A DNA stretch of 20,717 bases, taken from assembly GCA_046538485.1 (NCBI GenBank), contig JBKHIT010000074.1:1-20717 (forward strand), written 5' to 3'. This DNA comes from Candidatus Brocadiia bacterium. Lineage in GTDB: Bacteria > Planctomycetota > Brocadiia > SM23-32. The notes beneath the pieces were generated by a model, which saw only the letters and a list, made by a program, of their open reading frames with translations, was not told the origin of the DNA and ran no database searches. A program made the translations under genes and the position numbers. Positions 1-8,367 of this stretch are shown here, piece after piece. Every line of letters starts with the position of its first letter. Position 1 is the first letter of the stretch.

Positions 1-150
1 CGCATTTCCCTCGAAGGTGTCTCTATCTTCCTTTACCTCTGGAGCACCGGGGTAGTGCGAGAGAGGAACGACCTCCACCGGCAGACCGGCGAGCAGATCT
101 TTCATTTCTTCGATTTTATCGTTATTTTGGCTGGCAATGAGAAGTCGCAC
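1..150 (-). CDS. rdgB: RdgB/HAM1 non-canonical purine NTP pyrophosphatase, 5' part (runs off window start)
   Basis: Manual minus-strand translation from GTG at 150: MRLLIASQNNDKIEEMKDLLAGLPVEVVPLSHYPGAPEVKEDRDTFEGNA. Matches the HAM1 N-terminal pattern (A-S/T-x-N-x-x-K-x-x-E ... E-x-x-x-T-F-x-x-N-A). GAGG RBS upstream. Not in the ORF track. Confidence 0.9.
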   Translation of the reverse strand, partial: MRLLIASQNNDKIEEMKDLLAGLPVEVVPLSHYPGAPEVKEDRDTFEGNA

Positions 151-305
151 AAATATTTCCTCAAGATCGGGTATCGATGCGTATGGTAGAGGAGCGGCGG
201 CGAGGTGTCAACGCACTGTTAGCTCTTGTCCCCGGGCCTAGCCGTGATCTTTTGTTTTTTCTCTTTGTAACTCACACAAAATACTGGCAATAAAGATTCT
301 GTCCC

Positions 306-334
306 TTTTCCACAGCCCTGTCCTCGCCTATAAT
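306..334 (+). promoter_or_regulatory. Putative sigma70 promoter for the glycosyltransferase/mreC genes
   Basis: Perfect TATAAT at 329-334 with only a weak -35 (TTTTCC/TTTCCA). It overlaps the track ATG at 333, which favours the later GTG start at 396. Confidence 0.4.
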
Positions 335-395
335 GCGGTTCAGCGGCCGGATTTTAAACCGCCTCTACAGTCTGAAGTATCGGAAGGGCGTCAAG

Positions 396-1541
396 GTGAA
401 GATTGGTATTAATGCAATGGTCCTCACCGCGAGGGACCTGGGCGTGGGAATCTGGATCCGCGGTCTCATACGGGCACTCGCGAGGTTCGACCGTGAGAAT
501 CAATACATCGTTTACCACCGTCCCGGTGTTGAACCCCTGGCCCCGGAGGCACCGGCTAATTTCCGATTCATCAAAGCCGGTACGATAAAGAACAGCCGAT
601 TGACAAGGATATTTTGGGAACAGGCAGTACTGCCTTTACATCTGGTTAAAGAAGAACTGGATGTCCTTCACTGTCCCGCATACGTGGCACCGTTTCGCGC
701 GCAAGTGCCGGTACTTCTGACTCTCCACGATCTTTTTGTCTTTTCCCATCCTCAGTACTGCCGTTTTCTCAATCGTCTTCATTACCGTTTTGCTATGCCG
801 GTATCTATCCAGCATGCCACCAGAATTCATTGCACTTCGCACTGGACCCGCCAGAGCTTGTTTTCTTCTTTTCCTAAAAATTCCGAAAAAGCGCGGGTTA
901 TTCCACCGGGAGTTGATGATATTTTTCAGGCGCCGGATCCGGCAGATGCCGAAGCCTACCGGATCGAAAAGGGGTTGCCCGAAAATCCCTTCCTTTTTGT
1001 CGGTAATATCGAACCAAAAAAGAATATTTCAGGCCTGCTGCGGGCATTTGCTTTATTAAGACACCAGCACGGCTCCGATCGCAAATTGGTGATGGTTGGT
1101 GCACATCGTGGCTGGGGCGTGGATTTCAAAGAGGAAATCGAGAGGCTTCATCTCGGTGACGAGGTTATTACTACGGGGTATGTCCAACGCTCGGAACTCC
1201 CTTTGCTCTACGGGATGGCTTTTGCACTGGTATTGCCCTCGGCAATCGAGGGGTTCGGCATCCCTCCGCTGGAAGCTATGGCCTGCGGCACGCCTGTGGT
1301 TACCAGCGGAATGGGAGGACTTAGTGAGAGCGTTGGGGGGGCTGGGATAATTGTTCAAGATCGGAGACCGGCTTCTCTGGCGGACTCGCTGCATCGAATT
1401 GAAGAACGGGAACGGCTCCGGGAAAAATACAGCACCGTGGGTAAGCAGCGAGCGGAGAGATTCCGCTGGGACAAAATAGTCTCGCAGTTTCCCCCCCTTT
1501 ACAGGGAGACCGCGCGGGTTGGTGCCCAGAAAAAATCTTGA
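396..1541 (+). CDS. Glycosyltransferase family 4 (GT-B fold)
   Basis: MKIGINA N-terminus, TLHDL, FVGNIEPKKNI and EGFGIPPLEAMACGTPVV (E-x7-E GT4 motif). The track ORF begins at 333; GTG at 396 is preferred. Confidence 0.92.
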   Translation: MKIGINAMVLTARDLGVGIWIRGLIRALARFDRENQYIVYHRPGVEPLAPEAPANFRFIKAGTIKNSRLTRIFWEQAVLPLHLVKEELDVLHCPAYVAPFRAQVPVLLTLHDLFVFSHPQYCRFLNRLHYRFAMPVSIQHATRIHCTSHWTRQSLFSSFPKNSEKARVIPPGVDDIFQAPDPADAEAYRIEKGLPENPFLFVGNIEPKKNISGLLRAFALLRHQHGSDRKLVMVGAHRGWGVDFKEEIERLHLGDEVITTGYVQRSELPLLYGMAFALVLPSAIEGFGIPPLEAMACGTPVVTSGMGGLSESVGGAGIIVQDRRPASLADSLHRIEERERLREKYSTVGKQRAERFRWDKIVSQFPPLYRETARVGAQKKS

Positions 1542-1604
1542 ACGGGGCTCGTGGATCTTCGTACAATGCTATTTGGTTGAATTTCTTTTCGAGGATATTG
1601 CCAG

Positions 1605-2477
1605 ATGGCGCAAATCAGCCAGCAAACTCGCAAAAAAGTTGTTTTTCTTGCGTATGTCGTGGGAGTTGCTGTTTTCCTCCTGGTTTTGCCGGCGCGATTT
1701 ACGGCCCCGGCCCGGGTTGTTTTCGTCCAGGCTGCCGGCCCCCTTGAGACAACAACGTTCCGCATGTCCGGGGATGCCGCGGCTTTTTCAGGAACTCTGC
1801 GAGATTGCTTCCTAGCCCGCGAGAGGCTGCGTCTCGATAAAAAACAAGTCCATAAAATCGCAAACCGCAACGTTGTCCTTAAGGAACGCTTGAAAAAACA
1901 ACATAATATCCTCGAAGATTTAAAAAAACTTGAAATTGCAAGACCGCGATTCAGGACTCTGGGGGCGAGTGTAAGCTCTTACGACGCCGATCCGATGCAC
2001 AGAAGTATAACTCTGGCCGCCGGGAGCCGTAAGAAAATCCGCAAAGGACAGGCTGTGACGGCGGAAGGGACGCTCGTGGGGATCATAATGGAAGCAGGTC
2101 CCTGGTACAGTCGGGTTCGTTTGATTACCGACCCGGCCAGCCGATTGCCATGTCGGATCCAACGCACGCGCCGGCGCTGTATTCTCCACGGTACGGGGGC
2201 CACGCACTGCGAAGTGGAATGGGTCGACCGACGGAGCGATGTACAGCCCGACGATGTCCTGGTTACGGCGCCCGTTTCAAAGCGGGTTTCTGAAAAGCCA
2301 CTCATACCGCCCGGTATGCCAGTCGCCACGGTGAAGGCTGTTAAGAAACCACGGGAAAATCCACTTTTCTGGCGCATCGCAGCCAGCCCGCGCGTGAATC
2401 TCGAGCGACTGGAGTCCGTTGTGGTGATTATCCCGGCGGAGGCAAAAAAACCGGGCCGAGCGCCTGTTCTCAAATGA
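1605..2477 (+). CDS. mreC: Rod shape-determining protein MreC
   Basis: N-terminal TM helix, coiled coil (NRNVVLKERLKK...LKKL), then MreC beta-domain motifs SITLAAGSRKKIRKGQAV, TLVGII...SRVRLITD, DVLVT...IPPGMPVATV. Confidence 0.82.
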   Translation: MAQISQQTRKKVVFLAYVVGVAVFLLVLPARFTAPARVVFVQAAGPLETTTFRMSGDAAAFSGTLRDCFLARERLRLDKKQVHKIANRNVVLKERLKKQHNILEDLKKLEIARPRFRTLGASVSSYDADPMHRSITLAAGSRKKIRKGQAVTAEGTLVGIIMEAGPWYSRVRLITDPASRLPCRIQRTRRRCILHGTGATHCEVEWVDRRSDVQPDDVLVTAPVSKRVSEKPLIPPGMPVATVKAVKKPRENPLFWRIAASPRVNLERLESVVVIIPAEAKKPGRAPVLK

Positions 2478-2587
2478 CCTGCTTGATCATCCACGACGAG
2501 TTGCCGGCGGCATAAGATTTTGGGCCGGAGCTACATCCATCAGATGTTGTATCCACCGATAAAATATCGGCTCTCAGAAAAAATTCT

Positions 2588-2615
2588 TTGATAAACACCT
2601 GTCACACGGTAAACT
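2588..2615 (+). promoter_or_regulatory. Putative sigma70 promoter for the prepilin-like gene
   Basis: TTGATA-N16-TAAACT in an AT-rich intergenic stretch. Confidence 0.4.
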
Positions 2616-2720
2616 ATGATCAGATGCGGGTTTTCTGCATTTGGTATTCAATGTTCGGTATCGTATGGTCCGCTGAACATATATCAGCGGGTAAACAGAG
2701 ACTTTCGGGGGAGGGTTGTT

Positions 2721-3650
2721 ATGGAGCAGGCAAAGAGGCGCGTAATGGCTGGTTTCACGCTGATTGAACTACTGGTGGTAATAGCCATTATCGCCATCCT
2801 GGCGGCGATGCTGATGCCAGCTTTGGAGGCGGCGCGGCTTGCGGCAAGGGACACCTCGTGCATCGCACGGATGCGGCAGCTGGGTATCGGCATCACCATG
2901 TATGAGAACGATAATGATGACTGGATGCCAACCAGCACGCGCTGGGGTCAGTGTGTACCTTCTTATCTTTCAAGCCTCGCGGATGGTCAGGATATTAAAG
3001 TCTACCCGGAGAATTATGGTCCCCATCCCATCGGGCGGGGCCCGGAACACGATACGAACCCTACGAATTCGTTCTGGGCCGGTAAAATCTATGGGCGCTA
3101 CAGCAGCCTTGCCGATTTTCCCGTCAAGATTTGGCCCTACGTCAACTCTCGCGAGGTCTTTCTATGTGATCTGTACGCCAAGAATAGCTGGGACCGGGAC
3201 CATTATCATTCTCAGCGGGGGTGGTATTGGGCGAATCCTCCGGATAGCTGGATAGGTCCCAGCGGCTCAGATTACGGCAATATCAACACGCTCAGCTACT
3301 TTGGTTTGCAGGATGGATGGGGCTACGAAAAAGTAGATATCAGAATCGGTATGATACCTCATCCAGGGAGCATGCTGGGCTACAGCCACGTGTATAAGGG
3401 TTCCTCCCATACGGCGGTCGGAACGATGTACGGTAGCGGTGTTACTATTCCCCTGTACGCCGGTTCAAACATGTTCTGCCATCGATGGAAAGGTATGCCC
3501 CCTCCGGACAAATACAGCGGCGATGCGGGATACTGTGCAGGGACCACCCCCGTGATGTTCTGCGATACGCACCTGAAATCGATGACGTGGCAGGAGTTCA
3601 TCGACAATCAGGATGAGTTGCGGGGTTTTCCGTGGGGAAGTCCACCGTAG
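2721..3650 (+). CDS. Prepilin-type N-terminal cleavage/methylation domain protein (DUF1559-like, PVC type)
   Basis: [31 protein letters not shown]...C..MRQLG N-terminus. C-terminal [13 protein letters not shown] is a variant of the H-X9-DG-type motif. ATG at 2721 follows a GGGGGAGGG RBS (the track start at 2616 is too far upstream). Confidence 0.88.
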   Translation: MEQAKRRVMAGFTLIELLVVIAIIAILAAMLMPALEAARLAARDTSCIARMRQLGIGITMYENDNDDWMPTSTRWGQCVPSYLSSLADGQDIKVYPENYGPHPIGRGPEHDTNPTNSFWAGKIYGRYSSLADFPVKIWPYVNSREVFLCDLYAKNSWDRDHYHSQRGWYWANPPDSWIGPSGSDYGNINTLSYFGLQDGWGYEKVDIRIGMIPHPGSMLGYSHVYKGSSHTAVGTMYGSGVTIPLYAGSNMFCHRWKGMPPPDKYSGDAGYCAGTTPVMFCDTHLKSMTWQEFIDNQDELRGFPWGSPP

Positions 3651-3826
3651 CAAACCGTTGAAAAATATAGCCCAGCCGCTCCTGACTGGGAGAGACGAAG
3701 GCGAGGGTGCTTTGCTACGTGATATCACGCGTTTAAACAGTAAAATTAAATCAGAAGCCCGTTTTTCGCCGGGCCAGTCAAGGCCTGGTGCGGGGATCAC
3801 AACGAGGATTCGTCAGGAGGACCGAA

Positions 3827-4407
3827 TTGCGATACGTGCTGGCGGTATTGCTGCTTGCGGCTGGCCTGATCGCTGAGATCATGGAATCCCACGTGCAATT
3901 AAAAAAAAGAAGAATGGGGACCTCTGAGAGGATCCTGGACGCCGCGAAAGGTCCGCGACCAAATTGTAGACTTTGTCCGTTACTGGGCCCATAGAGCCAA
4001 TATCAGCAAAAGGAAACTGATCAGCTTGATCGGCATAACCCGCAGCAAATACTACAGTTGGAGCCGGCGATACGGCATGAAAAATAACCACAATAGCTCG
4101 ATCCCGCGGTGGTTCTGGCTCCAGCAGTGGGAGAAAGACGCCATTGCCGGACGGTAGCAGCGGGCCGAGGGCGGGACGACTCGTGCGCTACGGTCCGGAT
4201 CACACGACAGAGGGCAAATGGATCAAATCCATAACCGCCCCCGATGACAGAAGTCCCGGACGGGAGATCGGAGATATCACGCTTCCCGCGGGTGTGACCA
4301 GCATCAGCCTCTGGGCGCGCCACAGCGGGGAGAATTCGAGCGGCGTGGGCTACCTGTGGGTGAAACTGGAAGATCTGTCCATGGAAGGACCGGAAGAGAC
4401 AGAGTGA
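3827..4407 (+). pseudogene. Disrupted gene for a secreted protein (signal-peptide stub 3827-3865 plus C-terminal fragment ~4146-4407)
   Basis: AGGAGG RBS, then TTG start giving MRYVLAVLLLAAG, interrupted by IS3-like sequence. A downstream coding fragment (...WIKSITAPDD...ITLPAGVTSISLWARHSG...YLWVKLEDLSMEGPEETE*) has no proper start. That both pieces belong to one gene is an inference. Confidence 0.5.
3866..4145 (+). mobile_element. Internal fragment of an IS3-family transposase (orfA end / orfB start)
   Basis: LIAEIMESHVQLKK then KNGDL* resembles orfA C-termini. A slippery TTAAAAAAAAG run sits at 3899-3909. Another frame reads WTPRKVRDQIVDFVRYWAHRANISKRKLISLIGITRSKYYSWSRRYGMKNNHNSSIPRWFWLQQWEKDAI, resembling orfB N-termini recalled from planctomycete IS3-like elements. 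No DDE domain or TIRs. Confidence 0.72.
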
Positions 4408-4524
4408 CGTCCCGCGACATGTTGCCCCCGGCAAATCATTTCCGCCGCCCTCTCCCCACTCGGGATTTTTTGCGTGCGGGGGCTGCGGGCGGTAGGATGT
4501 GGGAGAAGGTGCAGAGGCTGAAAT

Positions 4525-5328
4525 TTGGAGCCATTGGCCGCTGGCAGTGGGAGCTTTGTGCGCATGGTTGGCGGGAAGCTTCAGCGGAGGAGAATCACGA
4601 TTGAATCTGTTGAGGGAAAGAGCGGAACGGGCTGGATTGCCCGAGAGACTTCACCGTCTTACGGGCGATTGATCCTGCACCAGCGTTTTTCGGAAATCAC
4701 AGGGAAGCTCCAGATTTCCGGACGCGAAGGTCGGATAGCACATTTTAGCTCCGACCTGTGGGGCCACAAGCTGACATTTTTGGCGAATTTCGGCGGAGAA
4801 AAAATAGCCTACGGTCGCTTAAACTTCAGGTTCAAGGGGCGTGTCAAGGGGAATAGAATGCAGGGCGTGGGCGTACTGAAACTGTCTGAGAACGGGAAGA
4901 AAAGAAAACAGAATTGGAAGGCGAAGCGAGAGAAAACCGATTACTGCGGCACCTGGCAGTGGCCGGCTGCCACGGAAAATTCCCCTGTTGAGCTTCGCAT
5001 TGAACGGAGAAAGGGTCACTACAGAGCAACGTATGTGGACGGTGACAAAGAGATACCCGTTTCCCATTTCTATGACTGGGGAGGAGGATTCTATTTTGCC
5101 CTTCTGATCGGCCGTACGGATGCTGGCCTCACCCTCAGCGAAGATACCGGCTGGTTGATCGGCGAAGCCATTGTCCAGCAAGGCCGGCTTAAAGGGAGGA
5201 TCGAGTTCTACCCATCGCACTACGAGGGTCCGGGTTTGGGGGAAGGGATGGCCTGCAAACCTATCGTTCGGGATTGGGAACCAAATCTGGTCCAATCGTC
5301 GGGTAGGGCGGAGGATGAAAACAAATAG
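4525..5328 (+). pseudogene. Hypothetical beta-rich protein, probably 5'-truncated
   Basis: No credible start or RBS. Protein-like sequence begins near 4655 (LILHQRFSEITGKL...FKGRVKGNRMQG...WKAKR...GTWQW) and resembles the C-terminal beta domains of some SAM-methyltransferase fusion proteins (recalled similarity, not searched). Confidence 0.5.
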
Positions 5329-5480
5329 CACCGGGAATGCCAAAAAAACCGGCTCGAGAGTACAGCCCCAAACTTCCCACCCCTGTGTAACGTATTCTGC
5401 ATCGGGATCTTCCTGACTGGATACAAATTCGCTTTCAATCCCGTAAGACATTGTACAGAAGTGCCTTAGCTGCATAACAA

Positions 5481-5569
5481 TGGTGCGGATGGGGAGATTC
5501 GAACTCCCATGGGGTTTAAGCCCCACTAGGTCCTGAACCTAGCGCGTCTGCCAGTTCCGCCACATCCGC
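5481..5569 (-). tRNA. tRNA-Leu (anticodon CAG)
   Basis: Reverse complement GCGGATGTGGCGGAACTGGCAGACGCGCTAGGTTCAGGACCTAGTGGGGCTTAAACCCCATGGGAGTTCGAATCTCCCCATCCGCACCA. Acceptor stem GCGGATG/CATCCGC, anticodon arm CTAGG-TTCAGGA-CCTAG, long variable arm, GTTCGAATC T-loop, encoded CCA. Confidence 0.97.
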
Positions 5570-5580
5570 ACGAAAAATTC

Positions 5581-5608
5581 ATTATAAGCCAACCGCCAAA
5601 AGTGTCAA
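5581..5608 (-). promoter_or_regulatory. Consensus sigma70 promoter of tRNA-Leu
   Basis: Minus strand TTGACA (5608-5603)-N16-TATAAT (5586-5581), 11 nt upstream of the tRNA 5' end. Confidence 0.85.
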
Positions 5609-5743
5609 GAATACATCCCACCCCACTATTTTCAAGCCCGAACACCTGGCTGACGTTCTTTTGCCGTTGGCTTTGTTTGTAGTGAGTTTGCCAATCGGAT
5701 ATATTCTGTTCGGGCGTTTAGAGTCCATTTGTGGGATATTTAG

Positions 5744-6088
5744 GTGGCTGAGACGATCGTCATCGATGGCGTCTATGTGCTGAAGGAGAAGCTGGGCAAG
5801 GGCGGTATGGCATCGGTTTACCTCGCCGAGGTCGACCTGACCCGATTCGATTATACCACCCTTTATGCATATACCCAGGTCGAGGTGATCGACTCGCAAA
5901 CGCCGCACAGGCCATTGCCGAGATGCCCGGAGGGCCGCCGCCAATCTCTTCGTCACGCCCTCACCGAGCACGCCGGGCACCGCTACCTCATCGCGCCCTC
6001 GACGTGGAAGAACGGGATCTCGTCCTTCGTGGGGTCCGCCGGCTTCAACCCCCACGCGGCATCGGCGCACGGCGCGCCTTTCGGCTAG
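5744..6088 (+). pseudogene. Truncated Hanks-type Ser/Thr protein kinase (only subdomain I), fused to unrelated sequence
   Basis: YVLKEKLGKGGMASVYLA glycine-rich loop. No VAIK, HRD or DFG motifs follow. The sequence becomes visibly GC-richer after ~5890, and the stop TAG lies in the CTAG bordering the inverted-repeat element. Confidence 0.75.
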
Positions 6089-6416
6089 CCTGTATCTTAC
6101 GGATGCAGGCTATATAAAACGGCGCATGTCCTTTACGAGTAAGAACTTACGAAAACAAGAAGTGTTCACAATTTCCGGCCACCGCTGCCGTGCCGGAAGA
6201 TGTCTGTATCTTCCTTGCGAAAAAGCAGTTAAAGCCAGTCGTTTCTCAACGCAGTGTTCGCCTCGTTGCTGATCACTGGTTTGAAGTTGTCAGATTTTAT
6301 GCGCCGTTTTTTTTAGCCCGGATTTTTGGCTGAGAAGGGTTGTGAACGGTGTTCAATAAAGATTCTACCCTGATTGGGCAAGAATGGCTTCCAATTATCC
6401 GTAAAATCCGGGCTAG
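6085..6416. mobile_element. Non-coding nested inverted-repeat (MITE-like) element
   Basis: Outer IR CTAGCCTGTATCTTACGGAT (6085-6104) vs ATCCGTAAAATCCGGGCTAG (6397-6416), 17/20. Inner IR 6108-6127 vs 6299-6318, 18/20. Perfect 13-bp IR 6314-6326 vs 6403-6415. No ORF. Confidence 0.65.
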
Positions 6417-6444
6417 CATATTCCCTCAATCACCGAAGAAAATT

Positions 6445-6473
6445 TTGATTAGCGGTGGTGTGTAAAGTAGAAT
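6445..6473 (+). promoter_or_regulatory. Putative sigma70 promoter for the hydrolase gene
   Basis: TTGATT-N17-TAGAAT about 70 nt upstream of ATG 6545, which has a GGGAG RBS. Confidence 0.6.
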
Positions 6474-6544
6474 TCTGGATGCAGGCTGCCGGAAAACAGA
6501 GCGTGAAGGCTGCATCATGTCAATGACGTGAAGGGAGAAGTGTT

Positions 6545-7948
6545 ATGTTTCGGGATAGACAAATGAATTTTTGGCTGAGCGGTCTCACGGTTTTGGGGAT
6601 CGGTATTTTTTTTATGTCCGATATCATTCTGGGTGCCGATGAAAAGAAAGACCAGGGTGCCGAGAAGACGGAGATTCAGGTTGAGTATAATCGGGAGGAG
6701 CTAACGGCCAGAGTGCGCATAATCCCTCCCGACGGCAAGGTGCGGTGGGAATATGTTTTGCGGGGGCTGCTGAGAGCCAAAGGATTCGATGACAAAGCGT
6801 TCGAAGATATAGAGTTGCCTTTGCCTCCCCTTGACTTGAATGTCAAAGAGGTCCGTTGGATTGCGATTCCGGCGAGCAATGAGTTGTCCGAGCGGGCGGG
6901 CATCAAGCTGCAGTCCAGTTATGTCCCGTCGGCGAAACAGAAATGGGTCTTCGATATAGAACTCGATTATCCGACGTTGCTTTCTTCGAAGCGTCGTTTC
7001 AAATCCCAGTTGCGGCAGGTATTAACGGGGAGCAAAGTTCCCGGCAAACCGAAGGGGCCGCACAGAAACTACGGGATGAATCTTGATAAAGGATGGCAGG
7101 AAGAAGGGCAGAAGAAACTTGTTCTGCTTATCCACGGGTTGCATTCAGAGCCACGCGTAGTGAGCGGGATTTTGACAGATATTAGAAAGCTCGGGTTTCA
7201 CTGTGGGACGTTCTGTTATCCGAACGATCAACCGATTATCGAGTCGGCCAAATCCCTTTCGAAGGCTTTGAAGGAAGAAATTGCCCGGAAAAATGCCAAT
7301 CGCCGGGTTGCGATTGTTACGACTTCGATGGGCGGCCTTGTCGCGCGTGCTGTCGTCGAGAATCCTGGAATGGATCCAGGAAATGTGGTGCAGCTGATTA
7401 TGATTGCTCCGCCCAACCATGGCTCGCGCCTCGCTTATTTTGCTTTTGGTTTAGAGCTCTGGGAATACGGTATCCGGGATAAGAACAGCAAAGCCATCGA
7501 GCGTTTTTTTGCCAGCATTGAGGACGGTTTAAGCGAGGCGGCGGTGGATTTGCGGCCGGATTCTCCATTCCTGCGTGAGCTGAATTCGCGTCCGCGCAAT
7601 CCCGATGTCAGCTATTCGATTTTGCTCGGCAGCGGTGCTCCGATGGACGAGGGAGCTCTGGTGGCTGCACGTATGGCTTTGATGAAAGCAGAGCAGGATA
7701 ACCGCTTCGTCCGGTTTTTTGGCCCTCGCTTGGAGAAAATGCTTAAAGATCTCGACGAAGTCGTCAGGGGGAAAGGGGATGGGGCCGTTGCGATCAAACG
7801 CGGTAAGCTTGAGGGAGTCAAGGATATTGAAGTCATTCCGTTTGATCATGGCATGATGTTTAGAGGGAAAAGTCCGGCTGCACGTCAACTTCGAGATGCC
7901 ATTCTCAAGCGTCTCCAGGAAGGTGAACAGGGGGGAGGGGAGGATTAA
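6545..7948 (+). CDS. Secreted/membrane-anchored alpha/beta-fold hydrolase (lipase/esterase, PGAP1-like)
   Basis: N-terminal hydrophobic segment, LLIHGL oxyanion region, TTSMGG nucleophile elbow, IAPPNHGS, GDGAV acid motif, DH catalytic His. Confidence 0.85.
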   Translation: MFRDRQMNFWLSGLTVLGIGIFFMSDIILGADEKKDQGAEKTEIQVEYNREELTARVRIIPPDGKVRWEYVLRGLLRAKGFDDKAFEDIELPLPPLDLNVKEVRWIAIPASNELSERAGIKLQSSYVPSAKQKWVFDIELDYPTLLSSKRRFKSQLRQVLTGSKVPGKPKGPHRNYGMNLDKGWQEEGQKKLVLLIHGLHSEPRVVSGILTDIRKLGFHCGTFCYPNDQPIIESAKSLSKALKEEIARKNANRRVAIVTTSMGGLVARAVVENPGMDPGNVVQLIMIAPPNHGSRLAYFAFGLELWEYGIRDKNSKAIERFFASIEDGLSEAAVDLRPDSPFLRELNSRPRNPDVSYSILLGSGAPMDEGALVAARMALMKAEQDNRFVRFFGPRLEKMLKDLDEVVRGKGDGAVAIKRGKLEGVKDIEVIPFDHGMMFRGKSPAARQLRDAILKRLQEGEQGGGED

Positions 7949-8228
7949 GTCCAACACGGCTTGATTTGTCGGTTCAAGGTTAAAACAATCGGGATCCTGG
8001 ATCAGATGCCTGTGGGTTTCCAACAGTGAACCGAAAGTGTTTTTTGGTTTTAAGTGGTTCGTTTAAAAGCGGGAAATCTGGCAGTTCCGCAAAACAGGGT
8101 TTTTTGTGCAATTTGTATTCTCATCCGATCTGCATGCCAGATATTGTAGGGTAAGGGTCTTTTCCGGGGTAAAGATGAGCGCTTCATGCCCCAGAAAAAG
8201 CGAAGAACGGGGTCCGGGTGGGTTATTC

Positions 8229-8258
8229 TTGACATCGCCTTTTAGAAAATACTAGGAT
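8229..8258 (+). promoter_or_regulatory. Putative sigma70 promoter for the secretin cluster
   Basis: TTGACA-N18-TAGGAT upstream of the secretin ORF. Confidence 0.55.
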
Positions 8259-8367
8259 ACTCTTGATTTGATCCCGGTTCGCAATCTGGGCCTTGAAAAG
8301 GCCTATTGCGTCTGTTTCAAGCCCTTTGTCGACCCGCTGTACGTTAATCATCGAGGCATCAAGAGCT

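Noticed and set aside
4410..4655. Possible IS21-like left end and HTH remnant (TGTTG... start; VEGKSGTGWIARET)
   Set aside because: The resemblance is too short and degenerate, with no matching right end. A BLASTX/ISfinder search would be needed.
2480..5480. Intact integrative element or prophage at tRNA-Leu
   Set aside because: No integrase, phage genes or duplicated tRNA 3' end were found by eye.
4819..5526. 235-aa minus-strand ORF
   Set aside because: Starts inside the tRNA and is antisense to the plus-strand coding fragment; no motifs.
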